Part shown: piece after piece, positions 26,864-36,363 of the stretch
Numbering within the stretch: position 1 is the first letter of the stretch
How the letters are laid out: each line of letters opens with the position of its first letter
Source of the DNA: a virus
Strand: one strand, 5' to 3'
Length of the DNA stretch: 64,000 nt
Virus record (IMG/VR): IMGVR_UViG_3300027861_000020
Notes under the pieces: generated by a model
Told to the model about the DNA's origin: nothing
Database searches by the model: none
What the model saw: only the letters and a program-made list of their open reading frames with translations
Translations under genes and position numbers: made by a program

Positions 26864-27571
26864 TTATAGATGGGTATCTCTGGCTCTTATTTTTTTACTC
26901 CATAAAATCATTTTATCTCTTTTTTCAAAATTATCTTTTTCCCATAGAGGTTGAAGGTTATTTAAAGACCAACAATATTTGAATTCCACATCATCAGTAG
27001 AATTATACTCAAAAAATGATTGAGGTATTATATGGTCCATTACCCATCCATTTTTACCATAGTTATCCCAATTCATTCCATCAGTAAATAGAGATTCTAA
27101 ATGTCCTTTTAATTCTTGAATAGTATATCCAACTAAGTCCTCCCAGTGTCTACCATTTTTAGATAAATTTTGAGATTTTAAAGATCGCCCAATCCCTCCT
27201 GTGATACTATTTTTCATTTTTATTATTGGATTTTTATTTATTTTTCTTTGGTATTCTCTATTATTTATTTTTTTTCTTTTTTTTACTTCTGGTCTTTTTC
27301 TATACTCTATTTCTCTATTCTTTATTTTATCTTTATTTTTTTCTAGATATTCTCTGCCATACTTTTTCATTTTTTCTTTATTTTTTAAATAATAATTTTT
27401 TATTCTTGTCTTTTTTTCTTCTTTTGTAACTCTTCTTCTTTTTATACCACTGCATCGTCTACATAAACTATTATTTTTGATAGACCTATTAAGGATATAC
27501 TTACTGTTGTATACTATTGTTTCGTTACATTCTGGACATTCTTTTGTATATTCCATATTAATTTTCTCCAT
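26864..27571 (-). CDS. HNH homing-endonuclease-like protein with Lys-rich KEYxEKNKxKI repeats
   Basis: 235 aa on minus strand; C-terminal DHIIPQ...NLQPLWEKDN His-Me finger; N-terminal Cys4 (CPECNE...CRRC); 60% identical C-terminus to 37311-37955. Confidence 0.75.
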   Translation of the reverse strand: MEKINMEYTKECPECNETIVYNSKYILNRSIKNNSLCRRCSGIKRRRVTKEEKKTRIKNYYLKNKEKMKKYGREYLEKNKDKIKNREIEYRKRPEVKKRKKINNREYQRKINKNPIIKMKNSITGGIGRSLKSQNLSKNGRHWEDLVGYTIQELKGHLESLFTDGMNWDNYGKNGWVMDHIIPQSFFEYNSTDDVEFKYCWSLNNLQPLWEKDNFEKRDKMILWSKKIRARDTHL

Positions 27572-27810
27572 AAAAAAAGAGTAAATTCAATTACGGTAAC
27601 GACTCCGTAAAAGAAGATACTCTTTATACTATATATATCGACTTAACACCTTGAAAGTCGTTAGCAGATGTTAATACTATTATATACTGTAAAAGAATTT
27701 AATATCCTTTTTTATTTTAATAAATTCATTTTCCAGCAATATAAAAGTAATTAACTGACTAATTAATTAATAAGTCTTATTATTTATATGTTATTAAAAA
27801 GGGATTAAGA

Positions 27811-28122
27811 ATGCCAAAATTTTATATTTACAGTGGGGACTTGCAAGAAGTTGTTCAAGCTGATGATTACAAACAGGCTTTAATAAAAACTTTTTCAGTA
27901 AAGCCAGATGATAATATGATGTTATCTTCTTGTGTTTTTGTTAGTGAAAAAGGTTTTATGTTTGATAATAGTTTGGGTGGGACAGAAGATGATATAAATA
28001 GGCATAGAAAAAATGCCTGTAAGATGATAGAATTTTCTGATGATTTTATTTTACCACACGATAGTGATTTATTGTTAAAAACAGAATTGATTTTAGATAT
28101 TGTAAAGAAAGGGATGGAATGA
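27811..28122 (+). CDS. hypothetical protein
   Basis: 103 aa; cassette at 27727, SD AAAAGGGATTAAGAATG. Confidence 0.6.
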   Translation: MPKFYIYSGDLQEVVQADDYKQALIKTFSVKPDDNMMLSSCVFVSEKGFMFDNSLGGTEDDINRHRKNACKMIEFSDDFILPHDSDLLLKTELILDIVKKGME

Positions 28123-29081
28123 GTCATTTTACAGTTTTAGTAATTGGGGCGAAAAATGCAAAAGAAATAGATGAAAAACTCTATAAATTTTGGGAATTGG
28201 ATTTAAGTAGAGAAGAACTATTACTAGACCCAAGAGCAGAATTTAATTTTGAATATTCTCTAGAAGAAGCTATGGAAATGTATGCTAAATTTGTATATAC
28301 TGCACCGACTAAAGAGCAAATTGAATATGCTCATAAAAATCTTTTGAAGAATGTCAAGGGAGATTACAGCACTACTATTGAGGCCATTAACGAGGAAAGA
28401 TATCAAGAATGGATTAAGGCTGAAAATCTTTCTGAATCTGCTGTTAGGTATAAATGGGCTAAAGATAAGTATGAATCTTTTACCGACTATATGGAAGGTT
28501 ATCATGGATATTCTTATAGCATGGACGATGAAGGTTTTGGTTATCATAGTAATCCTAATGCTAAATGGGATTGGTTTCAGATTGGTGGGCGATGGTCTGG
28601 TTATTGGAAGCTTAAAGACAATAAAGATGGTCTGATGGGAGAAAAGAGTTGGGCTTGTGGGGATAAAGAAATTCCAGAAAACAGATGTGATATTGCTCGA
28701 ATTGGGGATATTGATTTTGAAGGAATGTTTCTTGATAAAAGGATTAAAGCCGAGAATAATTGGGTAGAATGTTGGGAAAAGTATCCTATTAAGATGAACG
28801 ATGATAGTAAAGATGAAAATGCTAGTCATAGATATTGGAATTATAATATCCGACAAGACGATGATACTCCAGAAAATAAAGAAAAGTATATTGATGGATT
28901 TTGTTCTTGTTCTACCTTTGCCGTATTAAAAGATGAAGAATGGTTTGAAAAAGGCAGTATGGGTTGGTGGGCTATGGTTGCTGATGAAAAAGGTCAGGAT
29001 AAATGGGACACTGAATTCAATGAGTTGATTAAGAATTTAGACCCTGATACGTATGTGGCTATTGTAGATTGTCATATTTAA
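28119..29081 (+). CDS. conserved hypothetical protein
   Basis: 320 aa, ATGA-coupled; DWFQIGGRWSGYW motif. Confidence 0.7.
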   Translation: MSHFTVLVIGAKNAKEIDEKLYKFWELDLSREELLLDPRAEFNFEYSLEEAMEMYAKFVYTAPTKEQIEYAHKNLLKNVKGDYSTTIEAINEERYQEWIKAENLSESAVRYKWAKDKYESFTDYMEGYHGYSYSMDDEGFGYHSNPNAKWDWFQIGGRWSGYWKLKDNKDGLMGEKSWACGDKEIPENRCDIARIGDIDFEGMFLDKRIKAENNWVECWEKYPIKMNDDSKDENASHRYWNYNIRQDDDTPENKEKYIDGFCSCSTFAVLKDEEWFEKGSMGWWAMVADEKGQDKWDTEFNELIKNLDPDTYVAIVDCHI

Positions 29082-29147
29082 TTTTCCAGCAAAAAATAAA
29101 GCAATAAGATTATAATTGTTAATAATATTTTAATAAAAGGGAATAAA
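29082..29147 (+). promoter_or_regulatory. long-form cassette
   Basis: TTTTCCAGCAAAAAATAAAGCAATAAGATTATAATTGTTAATAATATTTTAATAAAAGGGAATAAA. Confidence 0.55.
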
Positions 29148-29537
29148 ATGAAAAAAACAGATAAGAAAGAAATTACTGTAAATGTTAGAAAAGATAGATA
29201 CAGAGGTAGTTATAGGATATCTGGTCTTAAAACTCCGAATAGATACTGTTATCTTTGTCCGAGTATGTATGAAAAAATAATTGGGGCAGAAGTAGTAGGT
29301 AAAGTTAAATTTATTCTACGAAAAATAAAGGGAAAAGCTTCAAATTACGTTTTTCCTTTCCGCTTTGATGGAGGGGCATTAGAATCTTACTATATAGAGG
29401 AAGGAGAATTATCATATGCATGGAATTATCTAAAGTACGATGAGTTGCTTGGGGAGGCTATCAATATTAGATTATTGAAAAGATGGGCGGGAAAAAGTAT
29501 GTTTTCTATTGAGATGGAATATGAGGTAGAGATTTAA
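29148..29537 (+). CDS. hypothetical protein, family E paralog 2
   Basis: 129 aa; long-form cassette at 29082; paralog of 14210. Confidence 0.65.
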   Translation: MKKTDKKEITVNVRKDRYRGSYRISGLKTPNRYCYLCPSMYEKIIGAEVVGKVKFILRKIKGKASNYVFPFRFDGGALESYYIEEGELSYAWNYLKYDELLGEAINIRLLKRWAGKSMFSIEMEYEVEI

Positions 29538-29558
29538 AAGATTTTTATTTTCTTAAAA

Positions 29559-29592
29559 GGGTAGAATATTAAGTTATTCTGCCCTTTTTTTA
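29559..29592 (+). terminator. intrinsic terminator
   Basis: GGGTAGAAT-ATTAAGTT-ATTCTGCCC + TTTTTTT. Confidence 0.55.
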
Positions 29593-29681
29593 TTTTCCAT
29601 TTTAATATGAAATGATATTTCCAGCAATTTTATTTTTATTTTCTTTTTAATTGTTAATAACTTTATTTAAGGGATAAGATT

Positions 29682-30119
29682 ATGTTTGGACAGGGAATAA
29701 CAGGCAGTAATAAGAATGTACCGGAGTGGATCAGGGAGTTGGTATCTGAAATTGAAACTGATTATGGTTTTATGTTAAGGGATGTTTATTTTAAAGAGCC
29801 TACTAGGAATAAGAGTTATTATGGAGCTTGTTATTCTTCATATAGGAATAATATACAATTATATTTTTCCCGCGAAAAAAATGATATTAGAAAATGGATA
29901 GTATTACATGAATTAGGACACGCTATTCAGCATAAATGTTATCCTGAATCTTTGACTATAACTCCTCTTGGTAAAAATAATGTTAATCATAATAATGCTT
30001 TTTGGGATATAGTAGGGGAATTATTTGCTAAGTATAATGTATTAGATACTGCTATTGAAAGAGAATATAAAAAAGGAAGAAAGTATATTAAGAAGAATTT
30101 CCAGCAAGTAATAGTTTAA
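29682..30119 (+). CDS. SprT-like HExxH zinc metallopeptidase-like protein
   Basis: 145 aa; WIVLHELGHAIQH motif preceded by YYGACYSS..IQLYFS. Confidence 0.65.
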   Translation: MFGQGITGSNKNVPEWIRELVSEIETDYGFMLRDVYFKEPTRNKSYYGACYSSYRNNIQLYFSREKNDIRKWIVLHELGHAIQHKCYPESLTITPLGKNNVNHNNAFWDIVGELFAKYNVLDTAIEREYKKGRKYIKKNFQQVIV

Positions 30120-30132
30120 TAAGAATAATATT

Positions 30133-30261
30133 ATGAGTAATAAAAAGAAAAAAATTAGATTTGAAAAAATGCTTGGTAAAATGTTTAAATCTTATAGTTG
30201 TAAACGAGCGGTAAAAGATATAGAGAATAATAGAAAGCATAAACCGAAAGGGCAAAGATAA
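30133..30261 (+). CDS. small basic protein (42 aa)
   Basis: follows cassette fragment at 30096; weak SD. Confidence 0.4.
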   Translation: MSNKKKKIRFEKMLGKMFKSYSCKRAVKDIENNRKHKPKGQR

Positions 30262-30512
30262 TGAATACTGAAGATGTAACACCTACAATGGAAAGAATAG
30301 GAAGTCTGAAAGTAGGAGATTGTTTTTGGAAGAAAAGAGATAGATCTTTATATACGATAATGAAACAAAATTGTTACGAATGTAAGATTAGAGAAGATGG
30401 AAAAATAACAGTATATAATTTGTCTTTAAATCTAATAAGTCATATTGATGCCAACGAATGGGTTATCTTGGCTTATCACGTAAAAATAGAAACTCAAACA
30501 AGAAAAGGATAA
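30261..30512 (+). CDS. hypothetical protein
   Basis: 83 aa ORF, TAATG coupling. Confidence 0.55.
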   Translation: MNTEDVTPTMERIGSLKVGDCFWKKRDRSLYTIMKQNCYECKIREDGKITVYNLSLNLISHIDANEWVILAYHVKIETQTRKG

Positions 30513-30516
30513 GATA

Positions 30517-30951
30517 ATGTTAGATAGAATAGAAATATCAGAAGATATAAATTTTGGTAGTTTGTTGACAACTGTTGAAATTCCTTATCATAAAATTCTT
30601 CAGATGTTGGGAGAACCAAACGGGGAAACTGATGGTTATAAAACAGATGTAGAATGGCAATTTAAATTTGATGGAATTGAATTTTATCTTTATAATTATA
30701 AAGATGGAATCAATTATTGTGGTTCATCTGGACTTCCTGATGTTTGTCTTGCTGATTGGCATATTGGAGGAGAGGATAATGAGAAGGCTATTGAATTGGC
30801 TAATTATCTTTTGGACAATGAGCCTAATCCAGAGATAGATTTTCCAAAAGTAGAGAATCAAGATATTGAAGATATGATTCATAAAATAAGAAAATTGGGT
30901 TATGTTGAGTATATTCAAGTAAAGAATTTTCTAGAAGAGATTGGAGCTTAA
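30517..30951 (+). CDS. hypothetical protein
   Basis: 144 aa ORF, SD AAAAGGATAAGATAATG. Confidence 0.6.
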   Translation: MLDRIEISEDINFGSLLTTVEIPYHKILQMLGEPNGETDGYKTDVEWQFKFDGIEFYLYNYKDGINYCGSSGLPDVCLADWHIGGEDNEKAIELANYLLDNEPNPEIDFPKVENQDIEDMIHKIRKLGYVEYIQVKNFLEEIGA

Positions 30952-30953
30952 TA

Positions 30954-31169
30954 ATGGATAAAAAAGCAAAATTAGTTGAATTTAGTATTATGACAAGAGT
31001 TTTAGTTGATGATAAGGTTGATGGTCAAGCTCTTGAACTTCAGGCTTTTCATCTAGCTAAGAATAAGATATTAGATGATCCTAGGAGTTTCTTATACATA
31101 GAGAATATGATAGAGATTGAAGATGATGAAGAATGTCCTTATGATCCTGAATTTGATAAAGATTTGTAA
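30954..31169 (+). CDS. hypothetical acidic protein
   Basis: 71 aa ORF 2 nt after previous stop. Confidence 0.55.
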   Translation: MDKKAKLVEFSIMTRVLVDDKVDGQALELQAFHLAKNKILDDPRSFLYIENMIEIEDDEECPYDPEFDKDL

Positions 31170-31205
31170 AATTCCAGCAAATAAAAATTTAATAAGGAGT
31201 AAAAT

Positions 31206-31352
31206 ATGGATAACACAGAAATTAAATTTTTAAATCATTATTATTGTCCTGATTGCAATATAGAATGGGACGATGAATGGGACTCTACTTGCGATGATGA
31301 ATGTCCTGAATGTAGAAAAGAGTATTCACCTTATAAATCAGAGGATATATAA
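31206..31352 (+). CDS. zinc-ribbon small protein (48 aa)
   Basis: SD AAGGAGTAAAATATG; CPDC...CPEC. Confidence 0.5.
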   Translation: MDNTEIKFLNHYYCPDCNIEWDDEWDSTCDDECPECRKEYSPYKSEDI

Positions 31353-31774
31353 TGGATAATAAATATTTAATCAAATTGTTAAGAATGAATAATGAAAAAT
31401 TATACGCTATTGGCGATGGGGCTACATATATTGTTAAGGCAAATAACGAAATGATAGCAAAATTAACAGATGAAATTACAGATGTTATTACTGCTGAAAT
31501 AGTTATTGAAGGCGAAGATACTATAATTAAAGAATATCCAGAGATGGATTCTAATTCCGATTTTGAAGTTTTAGCATCTGATATTTGGGATAATATATTT
31601 GAAAAAGTTGATGATTATGAAAATAAAGATTTGTATATTACTTTTATGAACAAAAATAAGAATCTTTGGGGTTTCAATAACGGAAGTATAGATTTTTATC
31701 CTTGCGAATGCGGTAGAGGAATGATTTATGGAGGGGCTCATATGTGTTCTTGTTGTTGGGATGAAATGTCTTAA
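31352..31774 (+). CDS. hypothetical protein
   Basis: 140 aa, TAATG overlap; C-terminal CECGRG..CSCCWDE. Confidence 0.6.
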   Translation: MDNKYLIKLLRMNNEKLYAIGDGATYIVKANNEMIAKLTDEITDVITAEIVIEGEDTIIKEYPEMDSNSDFEVLASDIWDNIFEKVDDYENKDLYITFMNKNKNLWGFNNGSIDFYPCECGRGMIYGGAHMCSCCWDEMS

Positions 31775-31841
31775 TTTTCCAGCAAATTAAATTTTTTTAA
31801 GTAATAAAATGTTAATGATATTTCATAGAAAAGGATTAAAA

Positions 31842-32141
31842 ATGGGAGCTTGTTTTGATAGTGATTTTATTAAAGACCCTGAATTAAAAATGACTGATAA
31901 AGAACTTGTGATGAAAGCAAGGGATATCTTTGAAGAATCTGCTTACATGAATGGTCATGGCGGTTATTCTGGGACTTTAGCTGAAAAGAATAGTATTCAT
32001 ATTCATAGGCATAAGGTTTGTAAGAATCCCGCAGAGGCTTGGGATTATATGGATGAACTGGATAGCGACAAATGGGGGCCAGCGGATTGCGTACCTGTTA
32101 AAGGTGAAGGTTGGGCTATTGGCGGATATTGTTCAAGTTAA
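31842..32141 (+). CDS. hypothetical protein (track ORF 31809 trimmed to SD-supported ATG)
   Basis: 99 aa; SD AAAAGGATTAAAAATG. Confidence 0.6.
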   Translation: MGACFDSDFIKDPELKMTDKELVMKARDIFEESAYMNGHGGYSGTLAEKNSIHIHRHKVCKNPAEAWDYMDELDSDKWGPADCVPVKGEGWAIGGYCSS

Positions 32142-32257
32142 AGGAGAACAAGAATGAGTAAAAAAGATATTATATTTGTAGTTTTTTGGTTTGTTCTTTT
32201 TTCGTTAGTTTTTATGGGTTATTGTTTTAGTTGGTGTAATTAAAAAGGGAAAATAAT

Positions 32258-32542
32258 ATGTTTGATGATGACAATATAAATCAGCAGGACGTTGATAGGT
32301 CTATAACTACGCAGAAAGCCCAGCACTACTCTACTTATCATTTTGCCTATAAGAACATTGAAAGGCTTAATAATGATAGATTAAGAGGTAGTGGAGCAAT
32401 TATAACCATTACCCATTTAAATGGGAAGGCTTGCGTTGAACCTGTTATGATTAAGGACGGTTTAAGCGATGAAACTATAAAAGCGATACAGGCTGATTTA
32501 AAAAGAAGTCAGCAAAGTATGGATGTTTTTAAAATTAAATAA
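32258..32542 (+). CDS. hypothetical protein
   Basis: 94 aa ORF, SD AAAAGGGAAAATAATATG. Confidence 0.55.
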   Translation: MFDDDNINQQDVDRSITTQKAQHYSTYHFAYKNIERLNNDRLRGSGAIITITHLNGKACVEPVMIKDGLSDETIKAIQADLKRSQQSMDVFKIK

Positions 32543-32581
32543 AGAATTTCCAGCAATTTAAAAAATAAAAGGGATAAAGAT

Positions 32582-32725
32582 ATGGAAAAAGAAAAAATTG
32601 ATAAGATGGTTGATGAAATAAAAGACATGTTGACAGAAGTAGGATATGATGCTAAGTTTGCTGATGATAAACTTAAGAAACATTCTGCTAAAACAATAGA
32701 TTCTATTTATAAAATCTTAACTTAG
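32582..32725 (+). CDS. small hypothetical protein (47 aa)
   Basis: cassette at 32546, SD AAAGGGATAAAGATATG. Confidence 0.45.
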   Translation: MEKEKIDKMVDEIKDMLTEVGYDAKFADDKLKKHSAKTIDSIYKILT

Positions 32726-32737
32726 AAGGGAAATAAA

Positions 32738-33253
32738 ATGGTTTTTATAATATTATCAATAATTTTAATAACAGTTATAGTCTGGGGCGTAGATAAGAGC
32801 GAAAAAATTCCAGCATTTTTGGGGATGTCATTTTTATGTACAATTGTCAGTCTGATGTTGATGATGCTATTTAGTATTCCTCATCAAGTATCAGATGGGA
32901 CTTTATCAGTTGATATAGTTCAACTCAAATCTGATGTTCAAGGAGAGGCAAGGGGAGCGGGTTGTTTTCTTGGATGGAGTGTTTCTGGGGGAAAACAACA
33001 ATATGTAGTTATGGAAAGAAAAAATGAGATAATGAGAAGAGTTTTTCTTAATCAAGACTCAACTTATATTGTAGAATCAGATTCTAGTCCTAGAGTTGAA
33101 TATCAAGCTTATAAAGACAAATTATATAAATTTCAAACATGGTTTTGTTTTCCTACTTCAGAACAGGAATCTAAACAATATTATTATACTAAAGAAGCAA
33201 TTATATATGTTCCTAAAGGTACTGTAGTTCAAGATTATCAACAAATTAAATAA
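32738..33253 (+). CDS. membrane-anchored hypothetical protein
   Basis: 171 aa, SD GAAGGGAAATAAAATG, N-terminal TM pair. Confidence 0.6.
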   Translation: MVFIILSIILITVIVWGVDKSEKIPAFLGMSFLCTIVSLMLMMLFSIPHQVSDGTLSVDIVQLKSDVQGEARGAGCFLGWSVSGGKQQYVVMERKNEIMRRVFLNQDSTYIVESDSSPRVEYQAYKDKLYKFQTWFCFPTSEQESKQYYYTKEAIIYVPKGTVVQDYQQIK

Positions 33254-33264
33254 GAGGAAATAAG

Positions 33265-33774
33265 ATGCAAGGATATGAAGGAATTTTAAGAGTTGTAAAG
33301 GGTGATGTTACTAATCCTCAAAGAGCAAAAGATAATGAAATAGTTATTATCCCTCATTGTTGCAATAATAAAAAAATATGGGGTGGAGGTTTTGTAATTG
33401 CTTTATCTAAGAAATGGAAAGAGCCGGAAAAAATATATAGAGACTTCTTTAATCAACAATATCCTACATTAGGTCACGTTTGCTATGCAGAAGTAAATAA
33501 AAGACTTATAGTTGCTAATATGATCGGGCAAGATGGTATTATGGCAGACACAAACCCTAAACCCATTAAATACAGGGATTTAGCGAATGCTATGTATAAT
33601 GTCTTTGAATATGTAGAGATGGTAAAATCTAGAACTTCTGACCCCGTAGCAATACACGCCCCCAAATTTGGAAGTTTAAGGGCAGGAGGGAACTGGAATT
33701 TTCTATTAGATTTGATAGCTGAAATATGGATTCAGAACGGGATAGACGTAACAATTTATGAATTTGAAGAATAA
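33265..33774 (+). CDS. macro-domain (ADP-ribose-binding / ADP-ribosyl hydrolase family) protein
   Basis: 169 aa; VKGDVT..(17)..EIVIIPHCCNNKKIWGGGFVIAL matches macro motif GDIT...AIVNAAN..L.GGGV..AI; distal IHAPKFGSLRAGGNW ~ IAFP.IGTG.YG. Confidence 0.75.
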   Translation: MQGYEGILRVVKGDVTNPQRAKDNEIVIIPHCCNNKKIWGGGFVIALSKKWKEPEKIYRDFFNQQYPTLGHVCYAEVNKRLIVANMIGQDGIMADTNPKPIKYRDLANAMYNVFEYVEMVKSRTSDPVAIHAPKFGSLRAGGNWNFLLDLIAEIWIQNGIDVTIYEFEE

Positions 33775-33983
33775 ATAAACTATCAACTAATCATTTCAAA
33801 AAACGAAGTGATAAAAGAAAAAATAATTTTCCATCAAATAAAAATTTAATAAGAATAAGATTAGTAGTTTAAGTGCTAAAATGATGATTGAAGCTCTGTC
33901 CAAAATTTGAAGTTTGTATCTTCTCTAACAAGATGGGGAATCGAAACCCCCTAATTTTATTCTTTTTTATTGAAAGTAAAATA

Positions 33984-34364
33984 ATGAAACAAGAAAATAA
34001 AATACATATTAAATATTCTCCACAAGGTCTTGCTTTAGCTGATGCAAGAGCAGAATTTCTTGTTATTGATCTTATTGAGTTTTATAAGATGGATGGTTTT
34101 TCTTATGCTCATGTGAGTACTGAAAATGTTATTCAATTTATGTTAACTCATATTATTGAAGATAATTTGGGTGAGATTGTCATATTTGAGTATGATGGAG
34201 ATATTTTAATTCCTAATTCTTATGGGGCTTTGCATGATTGGCCTAAAGGTTTTTGTGATTATACTCATAAAGCTATGACTAAAAGATTAAGAATGGCTGT
34301 TAAAAGGGCAAAAGCAGAAAGGAAAGAAAAAGAGAATGGAAAAGAAGAAACTAGAATTATATGA
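33984..34364 (+). CDS. hypothetical protein (track ORF 33888 trimmed; start uncertain)
   Basis: 126 aa from ATG after GAAAGTAAAATA; upstream part of the track ORF looks non-coding. Confidence 0.5.
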   Translation: MKQENKIHIKYSPQGLALADARAEFLVIDLIEFYKMDGFSYAHVSTENVIQFMLTHIIEDNLGEIVIFEYDGDILIPNSYGALHDWPKGFCDYTHKAMTKRLRMAVKRAKAERKEKENGKEETRII

Positions 34365-34590
34365 GGGTGATAAAGTATTCGACCATTTTAGATTTTGGTT
34401 AGGATATGATTTATCATGGATTGCTATTAGTTCTTTAATATTATTTTTTAATATTTGTGAAACTACAAAGATGACTCGAATAAATTGGGCAAATATTATC
34501 GTTTTTGGTTTCTTATTTTTACTGTTTTTTAGTGATCTGATATGGGGTTTTATAAGAATAATTTCCAGCAAATTTAAAAATAATAACTGA
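34336..34590 (+). CDS. small membrane protein
   Basis: 84 aa, 2 TM, SD AAAGGAAAGAAAAAGAGAATG; ends in CCAGCA motif. Confidence 0.45.
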   Translation: MEKKKLELYEGDKVFDHFRFWLGYDLSWIAISSLILFFNICETTKMTRINWANIIVFGFLFLLFFSDLIWGFIRIISSKFKNNN

Positions 34591-34622
34591 TAAAATGTTA
34601 ATATCATTTTAAGGGTTTTATA

Positions 34623-34964
34623 ATGGATAGTATTTTAAGAGTTGAACATAAGGATAGTAAATTAGGCCCATACAGAGGGTCTTATAATATGGAAAAAACT
34701 AGATCAGTAACTGATATACATTGTTTCCGTTCTAGTTCGTATGATTATCCTGCTCCTTGCGATGATATTGGCATTGAAAGAAAACCGCATGATTATGAAT
34801 TTTGTGGATTTAAAGATATTCATCAGTTAAAAAAATGGTTTAATTCAAAAGAACTAGCTACTATGGAGGAAGATGGTTTTGTCGTCAAAAGATTATCTTT
34901 AGAAGATGTTGAAGTTACGGATATTGGCGAAAGACAATTATTGTTTTGTTATAGACCAAAATAA
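34623..34964 (+). CDS. hypothetical protein
   Basis: 113 aa; cassette at 34561, SD TAAGGGTTTTATAATG. Confidence 0.6.
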   Translation: MDSILRVEHKDSKLGPYRGSYNMEKTRSVTDIHCFRSSSYDYPAPCDDIGIERKPHDYEFCGFKDIHQLKKWFNSKELATMEEDGFVVKRLSLEDVEVTDIGERQLLFCYRPK

Positions 34965-35030
34965 TTTCCAGCAAATTTAAGAACAATAACTGATAGATTG
35001 TTAATATTATTTTAAAAAAGAAAGACAAAA

Positions 35031-35384
35031 ATGACACAACTTAAACAAGATTTGTTTGAACTTCTCGTATCTATTATTATAGTTGCTATTATTATAGTTG
35101 CTGCATCTGTAGGATTTATAAAGCTTTATGGTATGCATGATGAATTTATGGAAAAAAAACAGATTAAAGATGACGCAAGAGAAGTTTATAATGCAAGATT
35201 TCCAAAAGTTGGAGATAGAATAGAACTTGACGGGAAAGAAATAGTTATAATGAAAGAATATGCTTGGTGCAAGAACAGGACTTTCAGGGTTCGACTTCCT
35301 AATGGAGAACTGACAGATATTCTTAGGGGGGAAACGATTGACATTAAACCTATAAAGAAGGATTTCCAGCAAAACAAAATTTAA
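35031..35384 (+). CDS. membrane-anchored hypothetical protein
   Basis: 117 aa, cassette at 34964; one TM. Confidence 0.6.
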   Translation: MTQLKQDLFELLVSIIIVAIIIVAASVGFIKLYGMHDEFMEKKQIKDDAREVYNARFPKVGDRIELDGKEIVIMKEYAWCKNRTFRVRLPNGELTDILRGETIDIKPIKKDFQQNKI

Positions 35385-35425
35385 TAACTGTATAATTGTT
35401 AATATTATTTTTCAGAGGTATTGTA

Positions 35426-35650
35426 ATGTTGATTGGTAAAGTTTTTAGGATAAAATATAAGACAGTAGATAATCGCCCATGGACTAAGAGAGTTAAAGTA
35501 TTTACTCAAGCATTGAAATTTGCTAAAAAGAAATGTAAAAATGAGAGAGTAGCTTTTATAGAAGAAATTCTTATTTATTCCGAAGACAAAGAAAGAGTTA
35601 ATACTAAATGGGTAGTAACTGATAAAAGTCATTTTATAATTATAATTTAA
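35426..35650 (+). CDS. hypothetical protein (track ORF 35396 begins at TTG inside cassette; trimmed to ATG)
   Basis: 74 aa, SD GAGGTATTGTAATG. Confidence 0.5.
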   Translation: MLIGKVFRIKYKTVDNRPWTKRVKVFTQALKFAKKKCKNERVAFIEEILIYSEDKERVNTKWVVTDKSHFIIII

Positions 35651-35783
35651 ATGGGTATTCAAAGAAGGTAAATGTTTCGAGAAAGAAGCAAACATAAGTT
35701 TTGACTAATTTTTAAGATTTCCAGCAAATTAAAAGGAAATAACTGATAAAATGTCAATATTATTTAATAGAAAGGAAATAAAA

Positions 35784-36095
35784 ATGTCAGAATCAATAAC
35801 AAAAGAGAAACAAGAAGAAATTCAAAAAAATAATGATGAGTTCTTTAATCTAATGTATGATGTTGTTGAACATATAGATAAAAGAATAATATCAGAAGAA
35901 TTAACTAAAGGCAGTTATGCAAATGACATAGTAAGAGAACTGTCAAAAAATAAAACAGATGATAAAGATATTCAAAAATTAATGATTAGATACAAAGAGT
36001 GTGAAGCAAAAATAATTACATATAAAAATAATAGAGAAATGTTAATAGATACAATGCATCGTAATAAAAATTTATTGATCGTTGTATCTAATTAA
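35784..36095 (+). CDS. hypothetical protein
   Basis: 103 aa, SD AAAGGAAATAAAAATG (track 35751 start is cassette TTG artifact). Confidence 0.6.
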   Translation: MSESITKEKQEEIQKNNDEFFNLMYDVVEHIDKRIISEELTKGSYANDIVRELSKNKTDDKDIQKLMIRYKECEAKIITYKNNREMLIDTMHRNKNLLIVVSN

Positions 36096-36199
36096 TTTTC
36101 CAGCAAAATAGAATTTAATAATATGTTAGATATAATTGTTAATTAAAAAATAAATATTGTCTCCTTTTGTTTGTTAAGGTTGTTGTTTGCATATTATAG

Positions 36200-36232
36200 G
36201 GAAATCGGAGTTTTGGTTTCCCTATTTTTTTA
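36200..36232 (+). terminator. intrinsic terminator inside a 260-nt leader
   Basis: GGGAAATCGGAGTTTTGGTTTCCC + TATTTTTTT. Confidence 0.5.
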
Positions 36233-36363
36233 TACTTTAATTCTGGAGATAACAGCTAGTTAAAATAGGTAAAATAAAAAGAATAAATAATTAAGGAAAG
36301 ATAGGCAAGGATGTTTATCTTTATAATTTTAATGGATTTTAATTTAGTAGAAAGGATAGTAAA

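Noticed and set aside
27201-27429. Plus-strand ORFs 27201-27392 and 27226-27429 (poly-Phe/Leu proteins)
   Set aside because: Antisense shadow of the Lys-rich (AAA/AAG) repeat region of the minus-strand HNH gene.
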